Positions 1-9,291 of a stretch of DNA of 64,000 nucleotides are shown one piece after another. The stretch is from a virus. Taxonomy: Duplodnaviria > Caudoviricetes. The position numbers were made by a program, and so were the translations under genes. The notes under the pieces are model-generated. The model ran no database searches and was not told where the DNA came from. It saw only the letters and a list, made by a program, of their open reading frames with translations. Location: positions 32,001 to 96,000 of the IMG/VR virus record IMGVR_UViG_3300038443_002533. The stretch is one strand, 5' to 3'. Position 1 is the stretch's first letter, and every line of letters starts with the position of its first letter.

Positions 1-11
1 GGACGGAGCAT

Positions 12-1334
12 GTGTTCGATATGCCCAATCCAGAAGCGTTGGAAGAATTCGTGCGTCGCAATGCGGGCGGTAACTTCCAGATCGCGATCATCATGAGCCA
101 CCGCCAACTCGGTTTCACCGATGCCTGGTTGTGGGAAAAGATCCGCGAATCGAAATCCTTCGGCGATGCGGCGGACCGCGATTACTTCAACGTCTGGACC
201 TCGGGTACCGAATCGCATCCACTGTCACCCCAACTCTTGAAACGAATTGTGGCGTCGGCCAACGATTATGTTTACGACCAGGTGTTCCCGCACCAAAAGT
301 ACATGATCCGTTGGAATGTGGATGAGAAGAACTTACCGAACTACTTGGCGCGAGCGAAGTTGATCTTGGGGGTGGACCCGTCGTCTGCCAACAACAACGA
401 CGATATCGCCTTGGTCTGGGTCGATGCAGATACGCTGGATGTGGTGGCGACTGCGGCGATCAATGAAACCAATATCCTGATGTTCGGTAACTGGCTGGCG
501 GTGTATCTGGTCGAGAACAAGAACGTGACCTTGGTGCTCGAAACCAAATCCACCGGTGAAGCGCTGCGTGATATGTTGCTCAGTATCTTGCCGTCGTTCG
601 GGGAAGATCCCTTCAAACGGATCTTCAACACGATTGTGCAAGACAAAGAGGACTTCCCGGAACGCTTTGAATTGGTGCGGTTGCCGGTCTCACGTCGGGA
701 AGACAGCATGTACACGCTGAACAAATCGGCGTTCGGTTTCTGCACCGCGGCGAGTGGTCGTTTTGCCCGGAGTGACTTGTACGGCAACACGCTGCAAAAC
801 GCTGCCAAGCGTAGTGCAGACAAAGTGTACGACAAACGCCTGATCAACCAGATCGCCGGTCTCGTGAAGAAGAATGATCGGGTTGACCACCAAGCCGGTA
901 AGCACGACGACATGGTGGTGGCGTGGTTGCTGTGCCATTGGTTCTTGTCTTACGGTAAGCACATGACGACGTACGGCATCCAAGACGTCATGACGCAAAT
1001 CGACGATGGTAAGAGCATGACCTACGAAGAGCACCTCGCGTTGGAACAGCAACGTGCCCTGCGCGCCACGATCGATGAACTGGGTAAGCAACTCGAAGAG
1101 ACTGCTGATCCGTATCTGGCCAGCAAACTGGAACACCAACTCCGCGTGGTGGCCCAAGGCATCGTGTATCAACAAGGTGACCTCACCAGCATCGATCAGT
1201 TGCTGGCGGATATCAAAGAGCGTAAGAAGAAACGGGTCCAAACTGCTGCGGTGAATTACGAAGCCGAAGCGATTAACGATCACGACTTCTACCGCAAAAT
1301 GATGGGTTACCAAAGCAACGGCTTTTATCGTTGA
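12..1334 (+). CDS. terL: Terminase large subunit, C-terminal part with nuclease domain (gene starts before the window); phiKZ gp25-like
   Basis: RNase H-fold nuclease motifs LILGVDPS and RVDHQAGKHDDMVVAWLL; jumbo-phage context. Confidence 0.85.
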   Translation: MFDMPNPEALEEFVRRNAGGNFQIAIIMSHRQLGFTDAWLWEKIRESKSFGDAADRDYFNVWTSGTESHPLSPQLLKRIVASANDYVYDQVFPHQKYMIRWNVDEKNLPNYLARAKLILGVDPSSANNNDDIALVWVDADTLDVVATAAINETNILMFGNWLAVYLVENKNVTLVLETKSTGEALRDMLLSILPSFGEDPFKRIFNTIVQDKEDFPERFELVRLPVSRREDSMYTLNKSAFGFCTAASGRFARSDLYGNTLQNAAKRSADKVYDKRLINQIAGLVKKNDRVDHQAGKHDDMVVAWLLCHWFLSYGKHMTTYGIQDVMTQIDDGKSMTYEEHLALEQQRALRATIDELGKQLEETADPYLASKLEHQLRVVAQGIVYQQGDLTSIDQLLADIKERKKKRVQTAAVNYEAEAINDHDFYRKMMGYQSNGFYR

Positions 1335-1337
1335 CGG

Positions 1338-1376
1338 CATAGGCTCCTGCTACCCGTTGGGGTAGCAGGAGTTATG
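1338..1376. terminator. Bidirectional hairpin between convergent genes, with CATA/TATG feet
   Basis: CTCCTGCTACCC-GTTG-GGGTAGCAGGAG flanked by GGCATA and TTATG. Confidence 0.75.
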
Positions 1377-1782
1377 TCCATGTGGGTTTGGGGTGGGACG
1401 ACAGACGTTGATCCAGCAAATCCAAATAGGCCATCACTTGGGCTTGCCGAATCTCGCTGTTAAAACTGCGGGTGCTCACCAAAGAAGGGAGTTCGAGATC
1501 CAACTCACACGCTTTCCGTAAAGACAACGGGGCGTCGTTGGTGACCACCGAAAACACTTTGTAGGTGAACAACCAGCGGTCTGGGATATACCAATGCTTG
1601 TACTGTACCCGGTATGTTTTCCGGTGACAGTAAATCGCGATCTCATACCCTTGGATCGTGAATCCTTTCAAACACCCTAAGGCTTGATCGGATTCCCGAA
1701 TCTCGGTCACCCAGCGTGGGCCACGTACTCGCTCAAAAGCCAGTAGCACCAAACCTACCACTGTCCGCCAAGCGTATTTCAT
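1372..1782 (-). CDS. Hypothetical protein
   Basis: 136-aa ORF directly downstream of the 1808..3031 gene, ending in the hairpin. Confidence 0.55.
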   Translation of the reverse strand: MKYAWRTVVGLVLLAFERVRGPRWVTEIRESDQALGCLKGFTIQGYEIAIYCHRKTYRVQYKHWYIPDRWLFTYKVFSVVTNDAPLSLRKACELDLELPSLVSTRSFNSEIRQAQVMAYLDLLDQRLSSHPKPTWT

Positions 1783-1807
1783 GGTCGCCTCTCTCGCGGG
1801 TCATGTT

Positions 1808-3031
1808 TTAAGCGCCAGCATAATGCCGCTTGGCGAGACTACGCAGTACGATGTAAAGCAGCACCCCGGTGCGAATCGGTGGCAGCAGACTCACGTTGCG
1901 GGTACCGGTGGCATCCTTCACCAGTTGCTCGGTGTGTTGGCGGATATCCATCAACACGGGATCGGTCGAGCGGGCGGCGGTGTACACCCCACGCAGACGC
2001 GCCATCAGGCCCGGCAGGTCATGCGGGTTCTTGAGCGAATCGGTGTTGTGGGCCAGGTAATCGAAGCAGTGCACCATGATTTCCTGCACCAAGGCTTGGA
2101 GGCGATGCGCTTGATTGCCTTGGAAGTTATCCGACAGCCATTCGAGCGTACCGCGGAACAGATGCGGCGGCATGGTTTGCACCATCCCTTCCACCACGCT
2201 CAAGAGTTCTTCACGCATGAACGACGACTTGTCCGGAATCACCGATTGGATATACCGGGTGTAGTTCGCCAAAGACTTGGTCTTGTCCTTGAGGATCTCT
2301 TTGCCGTCATGCTCCACCGTTTGCGAGACCGCGATGATGCGTTTGCCCGACGCGTTGATCTGGTAGTGCACCCCAGCGATGAGCTTGAGTGTTTTCCGCA
2401 GACGCGTTTGGATATCGTTGACGATCTTTTCGATCTCGCGATCGTCACCCATCTTTTTGAATTGCTGAAAGCGTGGGGTGTGCGGATCCAGAATGTCTTC
2501 GGCACGTTTACGCAAGTACGCTCCCCAGCTTCCCTCTTGCTTCAAGTCGAACTTCATCGACAGTGATGCATAAGTGGCTTCCGCCACAGCTTTGTCGGCG
2601 GGGTAAACGAAGTGGCGATACAAACGGCTGGTCAGGAACTTGTACTGCATCACGAGGATCACCGAGATCATTGCATCGTGGCGCAATTGCTCGGGGATGT
2701 CGGCGTTGATCAGCAGATGCGTGAGCCAGATGCACGACAGGTTCATCGCGTCGGAGGCGACTTGGTGATCCCGGTGCACAGTTGGCAGTTTGAACAGGGC
2801 TTCTTGCAGCGTGTGTTCATCCACATGCAAGATTTCATCGAACCACACCAGGCGATCGGCGTCCGTGAAGCGCACGATTTGCACACCGGTTAAGTGCCCC
2901 CCAAAGAACTTGACGTGTTCGTCATTCTTCGCAGCAAACGCCAAGGCATACGTGATGACCTTTTTAGCGAGGATTGCGTCGGCAACAACATCAGGACACT
3001 GTTGCTCGAACACATTTCGGATTAGTAACAT
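1808..3031 (-). CDS. Conserved phiKZ-like protein, probably virion-associated
   Basis: Long ORF with phage-like codon usage; start reassigned to ATG 3031 (MLLIRN) behind an AAGGA RBS. Confidence 0.6.
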   Translation of the reverse strand: MLLIRNVFEQQCPDVVADAILAKKVITYALAFAAKNDEHVKFFGGHLTGVQIVRFTDADRLVWFDEILHVDEHTLQEALFKLPTVHRDHQVASDAMNLSCIWLTHLLINADIPEQLRHDAMISVILVMQYKFLTSRLYRHFVYPADKAVAEATYASLSMKFDLKQEGSWGAYLRKRAEDILDPHTPRFQQFKKMGDDREIEKIVNDIQTRLRKTLKLIAGVHYQINASGKRIIAVSQTVEHDGKEILKDKTKSLANYTRYIQSVIPDKSSFMREELLSVVEGMVQTMPPHLFRGTLEWLSDNFQGNQAHRLQALVQEIMVHCFDYLAHNTDSLKNPHDLPGLMARLRGVYTAARSTDPVLMDIRQHTEQLVKDATGTRNVSLLPPIRTGVLLYIVLRSLAKRHYAGA

Positions 3032-3087
3032 GAAAATTCCTTTGGATAAAGGTTTACACAAGATGAGGCCTTGCGGGCTTATCCAAG

Positions 3088-3120
3088 CGGCATAAAACCT
3101 CGCTGGGGTTTCCAGCGAGG
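3088..3120 (-). terminator. Hairpin followed by TTTTATGCC on the minus strand
   Basis: CCTCGCTGG-GGTTT-CCAGCGAGG, just downstream of the 3137..3823 gene. Confidence 0.65.
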
Positions 3121-3136
3121 CAGGGAAGAAAAGCGA

Positions 3137-3823
3137 TTACTTCGCTTGGCGGGCAGCGCGGGCTTTGACGAAGTCGCCGAACGAGTGGACGACTTTACCG
3201 CCCATAGCGACGACGATCGATTCCAGGGCGGCCGACAGATCCTTGGTGTCGGTGACCAGCGGTGCGCTCGGGTCGAGCACGGCGTCCGGCACGACGTTGT
3301 CGATCAGCACCGTCACGTTTTCCGGATGCTCGGCTTCGGCCAGCAGTTCGGTGACGTTCTTGGTTTCGGCCGGGGTGACCTGGGTTTCGTCGATCGCATA
3401 CAGCGTCTCGTAACCATCGTTGCCTTCCGGTACATCGTCGGACAGGGCGCTGGCGATGCTGGAAGCGACGGCGGCGTCGATGGCTTGCGATTCGAGCACG
3501 ATGTTGCCGACTTCGGACACGATCGCAGCTTCCACGGTTTCCTGGGTTTGGCCTTCTGCCGGTTGCAGGTTGGTGGTGTCGACCGAGAAGCCGGTCTCTT
3601 CCGACGGTTTCGGTTCGGCGGCCGGATCGCCTTCTTTCGGCTCTTCGATCGGGGCTTCTTTGTCGTAGACCTTGCCGAGTGCTTCGGAGTACACGTCGGC
3701 CAGCGGGCCTTTCATGACGACCAGGGTGTCTTCGGTGGCCGGGGTTGCAGGAGCGTTGACGTCGTAGTCTTCGAATGCGAGTTGGTGACGGCGACGGGTG
3801 CCAAGCAGATTACGCAGAGACAT
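3137..3823 (-). CDS. Acidic putative head/internal protein with prohead-protease-type sites
   Basis: 228 aa, very acidic; AFE and ALE match the S/A/G-x-E consensus of phiKZ gp175 and VLE is a near match. Confidence 0.55.
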   Translation of the reverse strand: MSLRNLLGTRRRHQLAFEDYDVNAPATPATEDTLVVMKGPLADVYSEALGKVYDKEAPIEEPKEGDPAAEPKPSEETGFSVDTTNLQPAEGQTQETVEAAIVSEVGNIVLESQAIDAAVASSIASALSDDVPEGNDGYETLYAIDETQVTPAETKNVTELLAEAEHPENVTVLIDNVVPDAVLDPSAPLVTDTKDLSAALESIVVAMGGKVVHSFGDFVKARAARQAK

Positions 3824-3829
3824 TTTTGA

Positions 3830-4330
3830 GTTCCTTCATGAAGTAAAAGAGTTCGATGATCGGCATACCCAGTTCGAGAGTATCTGCCTTCACAGTATGG
3901 TTACGCAACTCTGGTGGCTGGGAAAATAACAATGTTAATAAAAATGCAACGGCGCCCTTTACACATCTTCTCTTTGATTTTTAGCGCTACGCTATTTTTA
4001 GTATAGACCATTCTCTGTTGTTAGGTTTGCTTTGCTTTTTTGTACTTTGTTATTGTGGGCAAAAGCGCTCCTCAAGAGCGCGTTTTCTCTACAAATTTTT
4101 TAAAAGATGTAAGCGCCTTCAAGGCGCGTTATTCGATTCGAATTGATTGATATAAAAAAATATTCATCCCCCTGGTATTATGCACCGACGAACAGCGTGA
4201 GGAGAAAAAAGGTAACGAGGATCGCTTTCAGCGAGACGAAGTTAAGTAGGAAAAAGTAGACATGTAATGGGGGAGGGGGGCACTCTCCTAGGCGAGACGG
4301 AGGCGAGCCTCTAAAGGAATGGGGGGATCT
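3830..4330. other. AT-rich intergenic region with clustered inverted repeats
   Basis: Long A/T runs; hairpins at 4061-4086 and 4111-4130; lies between divergent genes. Confidence 0.6.
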
Positions 4331-4335
4331 AGACA

Positions 4336-4608
4336 ATGGGAGAAAAGATGGAAGACGTGAAATTTGATATCTCGGTCGGCGTGAATCGGGAGCCGGTCTG
4401 GGCGGTCGTGCGGATGGAGCAGATGCTGGGTCTGAACGTCAGAAGGTTCGTTCCGATCGGTACCACCGAGTTTACCTTGGAGCAACTGCATGCGTTGCAC
4501 ACCCAAGCCGTAGCCCGCCAACAACCTGATAGCTTGATCGCTTGTATCACTAAAGCCATCGATACCGCCCAACAAGTCGCAGCCCTATCCACCCCTTCTA
4601 CGCTTTAA
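4336..4608 (+). CDS. Hypothetical protein
   Basis: 90-aa ORF followed directly by a terminator-type hairpin. Confidence 0.55.
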   Translation: MGEKMEDVKFDISVGVNREPVWAVVRMEQMLGLNVRRFVPIGTTEFTLEQLHALHTQAVARQQPDSLIACITKAIDTAQQVAALSTPSTL

Positions 4609-4609
4609 G

Positions 4610-4651
4610 CTGGCTCACCCTGCCGACCTTAATGGTCGGTGGGGTTATGCC
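4610..4651 (+). terminator. Hairpin + TTATGCC (near-identical copy at 56619)
   Basis: ACCCTGCCGACC-TTAAT-GGTCGGTGGGGT then TATGCC. Confidence 0.7.
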
Positions 4652-4670
4652 CTCGGAATGAATCGGGTAA

Positions 4671-4694
4671 TAGAAAATTAAAGGCATATATCAC
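4671..4694 (+). promoter_or_regulatory. phiKZ-type early promoter
   Basis: TAGAAAATTA-N6-TATATCAC; the phiKZ early consensus is TATATTAC. Confidence 0.7.
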
Positions 4695-4756
4695 CTAGGT
4701 GAGAGTTAATGGAACTCACTAACCATCTTTCATAACTAACAACGAAAGGAATTCAA

Positions 4757-4996
4757 ATGAGCTACATGTCCGCTAACAACATCGCCGGGATCTTCGACGA
4801 CGTACTGACGTTTCTCCGCGATAACCCCAAAGTGCCAAGAGAAATCCGTGAGGAAATCGAAGGCGCGTCTGAAGTCGTCCTCCAGGTCGGTAAAGGGTTC
4901 TTCTTCATCCAGTACATCACGGCCGACGGTATTCCGAAGAAATACCATCATTACGCAAACGGCATGCTGATGATGACTTCTGGTGTCAACAACTAA
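4757..4996 (+). CDS. Early hypothetical protein
   Basis: 79 aa; AACTAACAAC leader plus AAAGGA RBS. Confidence 0.7.
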   Translation: MSYMSANNIAGIFDDVLTFLRDNPKVPREIREEIEGASEVVLQVGKGFFFIQYITADGIPKKYHHYANGMLMMTSGVNN

Positions 4997-5016
4997 CAAC
5001 GAAAAGGGATCTCGCC

Positions 5017-5424
5017 ATGGCAACCGCAATCGAACTGCATCAAAAGTACCTCGAAATGGTTTCGAAGAATAACGAGCAGTATTGGTTCTTCGAGCTGAGC
5101 ACCATTCGTGTTCAAATCGACGCTGTCCTCCAGTTCGCGAAAGAAGGATTGGAGGAAGTTAAGCAAGAAATCGAAGACTGCGATGAAGCAGAAAAAGCGA
5201 TGCTGACCAGCTCTATGCAAGAATACGAGCGTGACATCGAGCGGATTCAGATTCTCCGTGACAAATACCTGATCCATGAAAATGGCTACATCGTGACCCA
5301 TCAAGTCGATGGTCCGCCCGAATGGTATTCGGGTGACGTCGTGTTCTTCAGCCAAGACGTCTACGAGGCCGCAGATGCCCGTGTGTTCTTCAACGCTCAC
5401 GCTCTCATCACCAATAACCAATAA
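5017..5424 (+). CDS. Early hypothetical protein with coiled-coil-like centre
   Basis: 135 aa; AACTAACAAC leader plus AAGGGA RBS. Confidence 0.7.
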   Translation: MATAIELHQKYLEMVSKNNEQYWFFELSTIRVQIDAVLQFAKEGLEEVKQEIEDCDEAEKAMLTSSMQEYERDIERIQILRDKYLIHENGYIVTHQVDGPPEWYSGDVVFFSQDVYEAADARVFFNAHALITNNQ

Positions 5425-5441
5425 CGAAAGGATACACCCCA

Positions 5442-5777
5442 ATGATCACCCAACTCGATGAACGCCATATCGGTCTCGTCAGATTCGAAGGCAACATCTG
5501 GTACGCTGTGCGCCCCATGGAACCCGAGGATGAAGCGGGACTCTTACTCAACCCTATTCCGTTCAATTGCGCTGATCGTCGCGTGATGCACAACGATAAA
5601 GAAATGGCGGCGGAGTTGGTGCTGGGAGAACTCTCCGAAGCCACCAAGATTCGTTTTCAGATGAGCGAAGAGCGTTTCGATCAGATCAACCGTGAAATCA
5701 CCAAACATCTGCAAGCGGTGCGTGATTTCACCCAAGGTTGCATCATGGCCCAACAAGCCGGCTTCGGCGTGGGGTGA
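5442..5777 (+). CDS. Early hypothetical protein
   Basis: 111 aa; AAAGGA RBS. Confidence 0.65.
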   Translation: MITQLDERHIGLVRFEGNIWYAVRPMEPEDEAGLLLNPIPFNCADRRVMHNDKEMAAELVLGELSEATKIRFQMSEERFDQINREITKHLQAVRDFTQGCIMAQQAGFGVG

Positions 5778-5779
5778 TC

Positions 5780-6109
5780 ATGAACGATGACTTTTATAGC
5801 CACGCGTTGGGCGTCATCGTTGACCTAACACCGGCTGAGATTCAAGCAGGGTTGGCGGCTGTTGAGATTACGGTCACCAATCACCATAGCGGTGAGTTGT
5901 TGTCGGAAGTACCGTTCGAGGAAACTTGGGTGGGCATGGAAGTGCTCGATGCAGCACAGAAATCAGGATCCATTCTGCACCGTATTCCGCTGAAGAACCT
6001 GCATCGTCATTCCATCAATACCGACGATAACTGGATCACGGTGGAATGGAAGAACGGCAAGAAAGTTTGTCTACCACAAAAGGAATTCAACAACGTCAGG
6101 GTGAAGTGA
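5780..6109 (+). CDS. Hypothetical protein, paralogue 1 of a three-gene family
   Basis: LLSEVPFEETWVGM...NWITVEWKNG...NNVRVK; start reassigned to ATG 5780. Confidence 0.65.
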   Translation: MNDDFYSHALGVIVDLTPAEIQAGLAAVEITVTNHHSGELLSEVPFEETWVGMEVLDAAQKSGSILHRIPLKNLHRHSINTDDNWITVEWKNGKKVCLPQKEFNNVRVK

Positions 6110-6348
6110 ACGTGACCAATAATTATTCGGGCCAACTTCTTTCGGAAGTGCCTTACCCAGAGATCCATGTAGGGATGAAACTGATTTCAGAGAAACTCAT
6201 TGTCGGGGAAGTGGTACTCAAAATCGACGAAGCCCAAATTAAACAATACGGCAAGGTCCCGCTGGATAATTGGCTGCGGATCAAATGGAAAAGCGGTCGT
6301 GAGATCGCTCGCCCTCATCGTGAACTTAACAACATCAAGGTGAAGTAA
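6106..6348 (+). CDS. Hypothetical protein, paralogue 2
   Basis: LLSEVPYPEIHVGM...NWLRIKWKSG...NNIKVK; GTG start overlaps the upstream TGA. Confidence 0.65.
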   Translation: MNVTNNYSGQLLSEVPYPEIHVGMKLISEKLIVGEVVLKIDEAQIKQYGKVPLDNWLRIKWKSGREIARPHRELNNIKVK

Positions 6349-6349
6349 C

Positions 6350-6898
6350 ATGCACAACCACTACGTCAATCAACCGCTCGCGCAAGTTCCCTACGACGAT
6401 ATCTTCGTGGGTATGCCCGTTAAAGGCGCCCGCGGCGTACCGGGTAAGGTCGTCCATAAGTCCATCCCGAGTTTCAGTGAAGAGGGGTGGATTCGGATCG
6501 ACTGGACCAACCACCCGCAGCAAGCGAACCATCACAGCTACTTCAAAGACGTCATCGTCCAAGAAGTCGCCCTCGAACCGGTCGTCGAGAAACGTCGTCT
6601 GGTGGTGAAAGCCAAGCTCTTTACCTTCACCCCGATCGCCCGCGGCGCGGTGATGCATCTGATGCTGTACCAACCGTCGCCGGCGACTCGCGCCGCACTC
6701 CCGCGTATCGATCCCAAAACCATCATCACCCAATTGTCGTTGTGGCAAAGAGAAGAGAGCACCGATGGTGACGAGGTGCATGAAGGTCCGTATGAAATCA
6801 TGTCGGTGTTCCGTGATCCCAAGAATGGTGACGAGGTCTGGCACGTGGTGTTCAAACACCTCGATCTGTGCGAGGAAGTGGCGAGGGACGTACCGTGA
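6350..6898 (+). CDS. Hypothetical protein, paralogue 3 with an extra C-terminal domain
   Basis: PLAQVPYDDIFVGM...GWIRIDWTN. Confidence 0.65.
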   Translation: MHNHYVNQPLAQVPYDDIFVGMPVKGARGVPGKVVHKSIPSFSEEGWIRIDWTNHPQQANHHSYFKDVIVQEVALEPVVEKRRLVVKAKLFTFTPIARGAVMHLMLYQPSPATRAALPRIDPKTIITQLSLWQREESTDGDEVHEGPYEIMSVFRDPKNGDEVWHVVFKHLDLCEEVARDVP

Positions 6899-7455
6899 CA
6901 CGGATCGCCATCATCGGTACGGCTGGGCGGGATAAGACTAAGCCCATGACCCCTGGGTTGTGGCGATGGATGCTGCGCGACGCTTATAGCCGTGTCCCGA
7001 AAGGCGCCCATGTGGGGTCCGGGGGTGCGGCATGGGCTGACCATCTGGCGGTCTCGATGTTCTTGTTCGGCCATGCCGGTGAAATCACCCTGTTTCTCCC
7101 CGCCCCTTTCAAGAATGGTCAATTCGTGGAAGATGGTTGGAAAAGTGCAGGAGCCATCGCGAATTACTACCACCGCCAATTCAGCCGCATCATCGACCGT
7201 GATACCTTGGCCCAAATCGGGGAAGTGATCCGGCAACATTGGGAAGTCGAGAACAGCCCGATTCGGATCGAAGAAGAGCCGTCTTCTCCCACCAGCCGCG
7301 GTATGTTTGCACGCAATGCCAAAGTCGCGCAGATGGAAAAAATGTTAGCGTATACCTTCGGGGAAGGCGATGAGCCTGCTGATGGAGGTACGCTCGATAC
7401 CTGGAACAAATGTCAAGGTGAGAAAACCCACATCACCTTGCCGTACATTTACTAA
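6895..7455 (+). CDS. SLOG-superfamily (YspA/DprA-like) nucleotide-binding protein
   Basis: IAIIGTAGR, SGGAAWADHLAV, FARN and DGGT motifs; GTG start overlaps the upstream TGA. Confidence 0.65.
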   Translation: MTRIAIIGTAGRDKTKPMTPGLWRWMLRDAYSRVPKGAHVGSGGAAWADHLAVSMFLFGHAGEITLFLPAPFKNGQFVEDGWKSAGAIANYYHRQFSRIIDRDTLAQIGEVIRQHWEVENSPIRIEEEPSSPTSRGMFARNAKVAQMEKMLAYTFGEGDEPADGGTLDTWNKCQGEKTHITLPYIY

Positions 7456-7469
7456 AGGAAGGATACCCG

Positions 7470-7781
7470 ATGCCTTTGTTTGATGATTTGGTTATTCGCG
7501 CTAAGCATATCGACGTAGAGACATCTGCACATGGCGCCATCAAGACCCTCACGATTCATCTGCCGGATGCGACCACCCGCGAACAACTCGCAACGTGTAA
7601 TCGCAATACGACCATCAACGGCATTAAGTTGGTGGATGAATTCGACGACGGTAGTCTCGATGAACATGAGAATCACGCCACCTTCAGCGTGGTGGCTTGT
7701 TTCACTGAATCGGCGCGTAAGAAGAATACGGTCACGCTGATCCTGATCGACCTCAATGTTGTATGGCGGTTGGAAATGTAA
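7470..7781 (+). CDS. Hypothetical protein
   Basis: 103 aa; AAGGA RBS. Confidence 0.6.
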   Translation: MPLFDDLVIRAKHIDVETSAHGAIKTLTIHLPDATTREQLATCNRNTTINGIKLVDEFDDGSLDEHENHATFSVVACFTESARKKNTVTLILIDLNVVWRLEM

Positions 7782-7787
7782 CAGATT

Positions 7788-7817
7788 CTCAGGTATGGGC
7801 ATCTGCCCATACCTGAG
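7788..7817 (+). terminator. Perfect 13-bp hairpin
   Basis: CTCAGGTATGGGC-ATCT-GCCCATACCTGAG. Confidence 0.6.
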
Positions 7818-7836
7818 GAATGTTTCGATATGGCGC

Positions 7837-7860
7837 TAGAATTTTTCAAAACCATATAAC
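7837..7860 (+). promoter_or_regulatory. Early-type promoter variant heading the membrane-protein array
   Basis: TAGAATTTTT-N6-CATATAAC, same spacing as the other copies. Confidence 0.55.
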
Positions 7861-7929
7861 AGTGGTGAATAGGAAAAGGAATACCTCCTTTATCCCCCTT
7901 GATAACTAACAACTTTAAAAGGATTCATC

Positions 7930-8286
7930 ATGAACTTCATCAAAAATCTGTGGAACAAAGTCAAGTCGTTCTTCTCGAATATGTTCAGCCGCAAAGCTGA
8001 AGCCAAGATCGAGACCGTCACTACCCCGGCAGCAGTGGCTCCGGTTGCCGCTACCCCGGTCGAGTCCGTTACCGCTGAAGTCGCGGCTGACGACAACACT
8101 GCTAAAGAAGCCCGCATCACTGAGCTTTTCAACAGCATCATGGGTCTGGCCAAGTTCCGTAACTATTCGCTGACCGAAGCCTTCCATGCTGCTCGTGAAG
8201 GTGATGAAGCGACCCTGGCGCGCATCGAACACGAAATGAACATCAAGAAGTACAAAGCTCCGAAGCACAACCGCAAAGCTGCTTAA
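7930..8286 (+). CDS. Array member 1: N-terminal amphipathic helix, soluble body
   Basis: MNFIKNLWNKVKSFFSNMF; AACTAACAAC leader; ends in AA. Confidence 0.8.
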   Translation: MNFIKNLWNKVKSFFSNMFSRKAEAKIETVTTPAAVAPVAATPVESVTAEVAADDNTAKEARITELFNSIMGLAKFRNYSLTEAFHAAREGDEATLARIEHEMNIKKYKAPKHNRKAA

Positions 8287-8331
8287 TCTTTCCCCGCCGT
8301 CCAATCCATAACTAACAACAAGGATATCATC

Positions 8332-8733
8332 ATGTTTGCTTTTCTGAAGAATCTGTACAACCGCCTGGTCGATCGCTTGGCTTGGGCTCACACCAAGATC
8401 ACCCGTTACGCGGTCCGCCTCGCCATTCGCGCTAACGGACTCGACTTTGATCGTCGCACCGGAAAAGGTGGGGTGCCTTTCATCGTGACGTTTGCTCAAC
8501 GCGCCGCTGGCTTTCTGTTGTATGTTCTCGGTTTCGTCGTATGTGTGCTGGTCCCCACGTTCTTGATGACTTACGTGGTAACGACTTTGGTGTCGTTGCT
8601 GCTGGGTCAAGTCATCGGTGGCGTGATTGGCTTCCTGATCGGTTCGGCTTTCGGTATCGATCTGGTGTTTGTGACCCAGCGCGTTGAGCGCACCCTGCGT
8701 GAACTGAATGCACAATTCGGCTACGCCGCTTAA
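8332..8733 (+). CDS. Array member 2: multi-pass membrane protein
   Basis: MFAFLKNLYNRL; long hydrophobic stretch; leader motif; ends in YAA. Confidence 0.8.
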   Translation: MFAFLKNLYNRLVDRLAWAHTKITRYAVRLAIRANGLDFDRRTGKGGVPFIVTFAQRAAGFLLYVLGFVVCVLVPTFLMTYVVTTLVSLLLGQVIGGVIGFLIGSAFGIDLVFVTQRVERTLRELNAQFGYAA

Positions 8734-8763
8734 TCTTCTTACAATTAACAACAAGGATCAATC

Positions 8764-9249
8764 ATGAACTACCTCCGCAATCTCTGGGCCGGCATCAAAG
8801 CATTCTTCTCGCGTATCTTCGGCAAGAAAACCCGCCCGGTTGAAGTGTATGAATCGAAAGATGAAGCACCGAAAGAAGTCAAGGTGTTCGATACGACGCT
8901 GGCCTTCGAAGCCGCTTACAACGAGGCCGAAGAAATCGAATACAAGGCTGAGTGGAACAACGGCACCGGTTACTACGACCACGCAGCTGAAGGCAACCAT
9001 GCTCCGAAGCTGGAAGTCGGCCAAATCGTCAAAGCCCATAGCCCGTACCCAAACAACCGCAAGTTGCTGATTGTCGGTACCGAACTGGGTAATGTCGTGA
9101 TCTTCGAACGTTACACGGCCGGCGCCCATGGCGTTTATGTGTGGAATGCAGCCGCTCAGTTCGAACGCGCTTACGGCGATAAGTTGGAGCGTCCGCTGAC
9201 GGCTGGTAACATCCGCTTCATCCTGAGCCTGGCCAAAGTCCCGGCTTAA
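8764..9249 (+). CDS. Array member 3: amphipathic N-terminus plus a globular domain shared with 12991..13728
   Basis: MNYLRNLWAGIKAFFSRIF; LEVGQIVK...LLIVGTELGNVVIFERY. Confidence 0.8.
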   Translation: MNYLRNLWAGIKAFFSRIFGKKTRPVEVYESKDEAPKEVKVFDTTLAFEAAYNEAEEIEYKAEWNNGTGYYDHAAEGNHAPKLEVGQIVKAHSPYPNNRKLLIVGTELGNVVIFERYTAGAHGVYVWNAAAQFERAYGDKLERPLTAGNIRFILSLAKVPA

Positions 9250-9291
9250 TCCATTCGTAGCCCAATCTCGAACTAACAACAAGGAACTATC

